NCBI GenBank assembly: GCA_043750125.1
Contig: JAYVCD010000024.1
Span: 1 to 20,508, forward strand
Length of the DNA: 20,508 bases
Reading direction: 5' to 3'
DNA from: Archangiaceae bacterium
Lineage (GTDB): Bacteria > Myxococcota > Myxococcia > Myxococcales > Myxococcaceae
Shown here: positions 17,193-20,508 of the stretch, in pieces
How the letters are laid out: every line of letters begins with the position of its first letter
Numbering within the stretch: the first letter of the stretch is position 1
Notes under the pieces: model-generated
The model's input: the letters and a program-made list of their open reading frames with translations, nothing else
Told to the model about the DNA's origin: nothing
The model's database searches: none
Position numbers and translations under genes: made by a program

Positions 17193-18268
17193 CGACCCCA
17201 CCGCATGGTTTGACCCGTCCATGTAATGCCAGTTCCTCCGGTGTACATGGCGACCAAGTCTCCATCCTTGAGAGTACCTTCACGCTCTCCCATTCCAAGC
17301 ATAAAAGGGATGTTGCAGGCAGCAAGACTTCCGGTCCAAGCGAACGAGTCGAATGACTTAGCCCTTTTCAGACCCATGTATTCCTGCGTCACCTTGCGGA
17401 ACCAATAGGTGGATTGATGGGTGGCATAGAAATCGACATCCATGGGCTGATGGCCGCTTCGCAAGAGGGCTTCGTCGATCACTTCCTTGGCCAGGTCCGC
17501 AATCAGTAGCAACATGTTTCGGGCGCACTGGCGGTCCGGCGTGTAGAGGACCGTTCGATCGGCTTCCCACCATCGGGCGCCTGGTTTGCCACCCACCAAC
17601 GCCAGGTGAAAACTACCGTCCGTCCGGTGGGACCATGACAGCGCGCCCTTTCCCTCGGAAACGGGTCCAACGAGCACCGCCGTGGCTGCATCTCCAAACC
17701 AAGCGGAATGATGATCCTCTGGAAGGCTAATTGCTGAGCAAGTCGATGACTGGATGAGCAAAGCGTTACGCGCTTGACCAGACTTGATCATCTGCTCCGC
17801 CAGCGCGAATTGCACAAGAAAAGAGTTGCACGCTGAATGCGTGTCCAAAGACAAACAATTTCGATTGAGTCCCAACTGTCGATGCACCAACGGCGCGTTC
17901 GGAGTTAACAGGTGATCGGGCAACTGACTGAACACCATCAAAAGGTCGATGTCGGACTTCGCAACCCCAGACCGCTTGATTGCGTCGTCTCCTGCCGCAA
18001 CTTCCATGTCCGACGGGTTAACGCCCTTAGGCATGACTCTTCGTTCGATAGCGCCCTTGAACGCGTCGCCCTTGTAGCTGGCCATCGCCTCCAGCGTTCG
18101 ACGGGCTCCCTCGGTCTGAGCATCATCTTTTGAATGCTCTGGTCGCACGAGATTGGTGCGTTCTCCCCAGGAACGGACAACCGACTCGGGCCACCAATCG
18201 TTTTTCCTGATTTCCGAAGGAAGATGAATGCCAACTCCAAGAATGCCGACGGAAGTATTTGTGGTCAT
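17189..18268 (-). CDS. 3-oxoacyl-ACP synthase III (FabH/KAS III)-like condensing enzyme, atypical
   Basis: GILGVGIHLP, ERR, catalytic Cys in SACNSF, FGDAATAV, His in ATHQ, C-terminal GDLVAMYTGGTGITW; GSL occupies the position of the FabH GN(T/S) motif. Confidence 0.9.
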   Translation of the reverse strand: MTTNTSVGILGVGIHLPSEIRKNDWWPESVVRSWGERTNLVRPEHSKDDAQTEGARRTLEAMASYKGDAFKGAIERRVMPKGVNPSDMEVAAGDDAIKRSGVAKSDIDLLMVFSQLPDHLLTPNAPLVHRQLGLNRNCLSLDTHSACNSFLVQFALAEQMIKSGQARNALLIQSSTCSAISLPEDHHSAWFGDAATAVLVGPVSEGKGALSWSHRTDGSFHLALVGGKPGARWWEADRTVLYTPDRQCARNMLLLIADLAKEVIDEALLRSGHQPMDVDFYATHQSTYWFRKVTQEYMGLKRAKSFDSFAWTGSLAACNIPFMLGMGEREGTLKDGDLVAMYTGGTGITWTGQTMRWGR

Positions 18269-18272
18269 GAGT

Positions 18273-20045
18273 TCACGAAGCGAAGTTCTTCATCTGGGTG
18301 ACGCGCCCATGAATTGGGAACGCAGACTTGGGATCGAGCGCGATATCGAGCACCAGCGGCACGTCTGAGTTGAGCCAGTCAGCAGGGATTGCCTCAAGAT
18401 CGGCGACGGTACGAATCGAAAGTCCTCGCGCGCCCATAGCGCGCGCCATCGCGGCAAAATCATTCCGAGGCCCATGCATCACTCCACTGCGGCCGAACAC
18501 GCGCGACTGACCGGATTCAACCATTCTCATTCGGGCATCATTGAACACTGCGAAGACCACGCCGATGTTGCTCTGAACACATGTCGCGAGCTCGTTTCCT
18601 CCCATCTGAAATCCGTAATCGCCGCAGATCGAGACCACCGGACGTTCGGGCCGGACCACTTTGGCTCCGATGGCCGCTCCAATTCCCGAGCCCATCGAAC
18701 CCATGCCTGTCGATACGAGAAAGCCATCAGGGCGATCGATCTTCAGGTAGTGGAGCGCGAAGATTGTGTGCTCACCAATGTCACTGGTGAAAATCGTGTC
18801 TTCGGGACAAATGTCCTGCAGGCCGCGAATGACCCTGCCCGACTTGAGCGGCAATGAGTCGTCAATCATCTCCTGGGGATTCAGATATTTTACGCCCCCG
18901 TTGCTCGGCCCGGTCGGTTTGCGGCGAGTGACTTTGGCTACCAACGAACGCAGCACCAGATGCGACGGCCCGATCAGCCCATAATCGACTTGGTAGTTCT
19001 TCCCGATTTGCGCGCCATCGATGTCGATTTGAATGAACGTCTTCGAGGGCTGCAGCACGGGGCTCCAGCTGTTGGTGCCAGTCTCACCCAGTCCGCAACC
19101 GATGGCGATCAAGGTATCGATGCCATTGTCGAGGTAATGAGACGCTGAAGGGTGGCCTCCAAAACCGAATACACCCAGTGAGAGCGGGTCGCTCTCGGGG
19201 AAGAGGCCTTTGGCCCGAGGCGTGGTGCAGACAGGGATGTTGAGGGTCGCGGCAAGCGCACCGACCAGACGCACCGCTTCGGGGTGACGTGCACCCGAGC
19301 CGACGAGAATCAGAGCACGCTCACTTGTCTGCAATGCCGTGGCTGCCTCAGAGATTGTCTCCTCATCGAGTGCGAACTGGGTTGAGACCTGTGTCGCCGA
19401 CCGCATCGGCCGAACCTTCTCGTTGGCGATGTCGAGCGGCAGCGAGAGAAATACCGGACCTCGCCGCCCCGACAATGCTGTGGCCACCGCCTTGCGAATG
19501 ATGCTGGCAGCCGCACGGGGATTCGAAATCTCTGCGGAAAACTTGGTCACGCTGCGCACCATTCCGAGGATGTCGAGGTGTGAGCTGCTGCCTTCCTGCA
19601 ATGCCCCACGACCAAAATTGCGGCGAGGCACTTCGCCTCCGATTGCGATCATCGGAACGCCATCGGCAAACGCAGAAGCCAGCCCTGTCAGCGCATTGGT
19701 GATGCCCGGACCCGAAGTCATCAAAATGCATGGCAGGGTCCCGCCTACCTTCGAGTGCCCCATCGCCATGAAAGCGGCTCCCGTCTCGTGTCGGGTGTTG
19801 ATGATGCGCATCGAAGGATGATCAAGCAGAGCGTCGTAGATGGGGCAGATCGCGCCCCCGGGGATTCCATAGAACGTATCCACCCCGAGCTCCTCGAGGG
19901 TCTGCACGATGACGTCAGAAACTCGCGCCGTCGGGCGCTCGACCGGCGCGACCAATGCGACGGGTTTGACCAGCGCGATTTGTTTGATTTGTGCGATTGC
20001 CATAGGGGGGCTGATCGGTACCACTTTCTTTATCGGGAGTTCCAT
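18273..20045 (-). CDS. Thiamine-diphosphate-dependent enzyme (acetolactate synthase/acyloin synthase-like)
   Basis: GVDTFYGIPGG, RHETGAAFMA (catalytic Glu), TSGPGITN, GPVFLSLPLD, GMGSMGSG, ThDP motif GDYGFQM...FND. Start is ATG 20045 or ATG 20003; stop lies 4 nt before the KAS III start. Confidence 0.92.
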   Translation of the reverse strand: MELPIKKVVPISPPMAIAQIKQIALVKPVALVAPVERPTARVSDVIVQTLEELGVDTFYGIPGGAICPIYDALLDHPSMRIINTRHETGAAFMAMGHSKVGGTLPCILMTSGPGITNALTGLASAFADGVPMIAIGGEVPRRNFGRGALQEGSSSHLDILGMVRSVTKFSAEISNPRAAASIIRKAVATALSGRRGPVFLSLPLDIANEKVRPMRSATQVSTQFALDEETISEAATALQTSERALILVGSGARHPEAVRLVGALAATLNIPVCTTPRAKGLFPESDPLSLGVFGFGGHPSASHYLDNGIDTLIAIGCGLGETGTNSWSPVLQPSKTFIQIDIDGAQIGKNYQVDYGLIGPSHLVLRSLVAKVTRRKPTGPSNGGVKYLNPQEMIDDSLPLKSGRVIRGLQDICPEDTIFTSDIGEHTIFALHYLKIDRPDGFLVSTGMGSMGSGIGAAIGAKVVRPERPVVSICGDYGFQMGGNELATCVQSNIGVVFAVFNDARMRMVESGQSRVFGRSGVMHGPRNDFAAMARAMGARGLSIRTVADLEAIPADWLNSDVPLVLDIALDPKSAFPIHGRVTQMKNFAS

Positions 20046-20060
20046 AGGGTGGGTCCGATT

Positions 20061-20076
20061 TGCACAGTGCGTACCG
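20061..20076 (-). promoter_or_regulatory. Candidate sigma-54 (-24/-12) promoter of the ThDP/KAS III/kinase operon
   Basis: Minus strand CGGTACGCACTGTGCA has exact GG-N10-GC spacing and resembles TGGCACG-N4-TTGCW. Confidence 0.45.
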
Positions 20077-20149
20077 TTTGACCTGTGGGACTTGGACACA
20101 GGGATGACGCGACCTTGCTCGGGGTCAACTCGCCGAAGGGAAGGTCTGC

Positions 20150-20279
20150 GCTGACCCATTGGGGTCCCCTGACCCGTCAGCGCTGACCGCGATCACGTCA
20201 GGCTACCGCTCAGACGCTGGCAGGCCTGCAGTCCAAGCGGCTGCAAACACGTTGGCGCGCGCGCGATGAGTGGGTCAGC
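20150..20279. repeat. Cluster of CTGAC/GTCAG half-sites (possible activator or operator sites)
   Basis: CTGAC-N2-GTCAG (20169-20180), perfect palindrome GTCAGCGCTGAC (20176-20187), CTGAC-N9-GTCAG (20183-20201), GCTGACCCA (20150-20158)/TGGGTCAGC (20271-20279). Confidence 0.45.
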
Positions 20280-20342
20280 TGCGGCGGTGCCTACATTCCC
20301 ATGCACCCCCGACTGTCGACGCCCAACTGAAGCGCCATGACG

Positions 20343-20371
20343 TCGGGCGATGTGGGTTGAGACCCGCCCGA
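20343..20371 (-). terminator. Hairpin just downstream of the partial CDS (possible terminator; no U-tract)
   Basis: TCGGGCG (20343-20349)/CGCCCGA (20365-20371) with an inner GGGT-TGAG-ACCC stem; begins 5 nt after the TGA at 20377. Confidence 0.3.
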
Positions 20372-20376
20372 AACCT

Positions 20377-20508
20377 TCAGGCCCGCAGTGCGGCCGATTT
20401 CTTCCCGCCGGCCGCCCGGGCCTTCCTTTTCACCACGACGGGAGCCACCTCGACCTCGACTTCGACCAGGTCCGCTCCGCCAGGCTCTTTCACCCCGCCC
20501 TTCACCGC
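20377..20508 (-). CDS. 3' end of an unidentified gene running in from beyond the window (basic tail)
   Basis: Open frame from the window edge: AVKGGVKEPGGADLVEVEVEVAPVVVKRKARAAGGKKSAALRA-stop, with GC-rich third positions. Confidence 0.5.
   Translation of the reverse strand, partial: AVKGGVKEPGGADLVEVEVEVAPVVVKRKARAAGGKKSAALRA

Noticed and set aside
17189-20045. Naming these genes fabH and ilvB
   Set aside because: Altered catalytic/cofactor motifs and no fab or ilv neighbours; housekeeping symbols are not justified.
20046-20159. N-terminal extension of the ThDP ORF to 20159 (likewise ORF-track starts 182, 5865, 6428, 13268, 14662, 17222)
   Set aside because: Extensions lack protein-like character; downstream starts give signal peptides, an RBS or stop/start overlaps.
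20120-20280. CRISPR array or IS end in the repeat-rich upstream region
   Set aside because: Repeats are only 5-12 nt, irregularly spaced, and no cas or transposase gene is in the window.

Overview
High-GC bacterial DNA; the gene families and lipoproteins look myxobacterial, but this is an inference. Left to right: (1) the tail of a siroheme/sulfate-assimilation operon (partial precorrin-2 dehydrogenase, cobA/cysG-type methyltransferase, cysD, cysN with a vestigial APS-kinase-like tail); (2) a VIT/vWA-type lipoprotein gene apparently split by a 1-nt frameshift, plus a small lipoprotein; (3) a fused membrane/spermidine-synthase-like gene coupled to an HExxH aminopeptidase-like lipoprotein, followed by kup; (4) a probable gene relic and a lipoprotein with a beta-barrel-like C-terminus; (5) a tightly coupled minus-strand four-gene operon: ThDP-dependent (AHAS/acyloin-synthase-like) enzyme, atypical KAS III/FabH-like enzyme, soluble double-kinase hybrid sensor, and REC-histidine kinase. 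This operon is the best candidate for an undescribed system: a small-molecule (acyloin/furanolide-like) signal synthase pair with its own receptor, i.e. a possible quorum-sensing-like circuit. The synthases and the sensor input domain are visibly lower in GC than the kinase cores, like a swappable specificity cassette. No rRNA, tRNA, CRISPR array or transposase was recognised.
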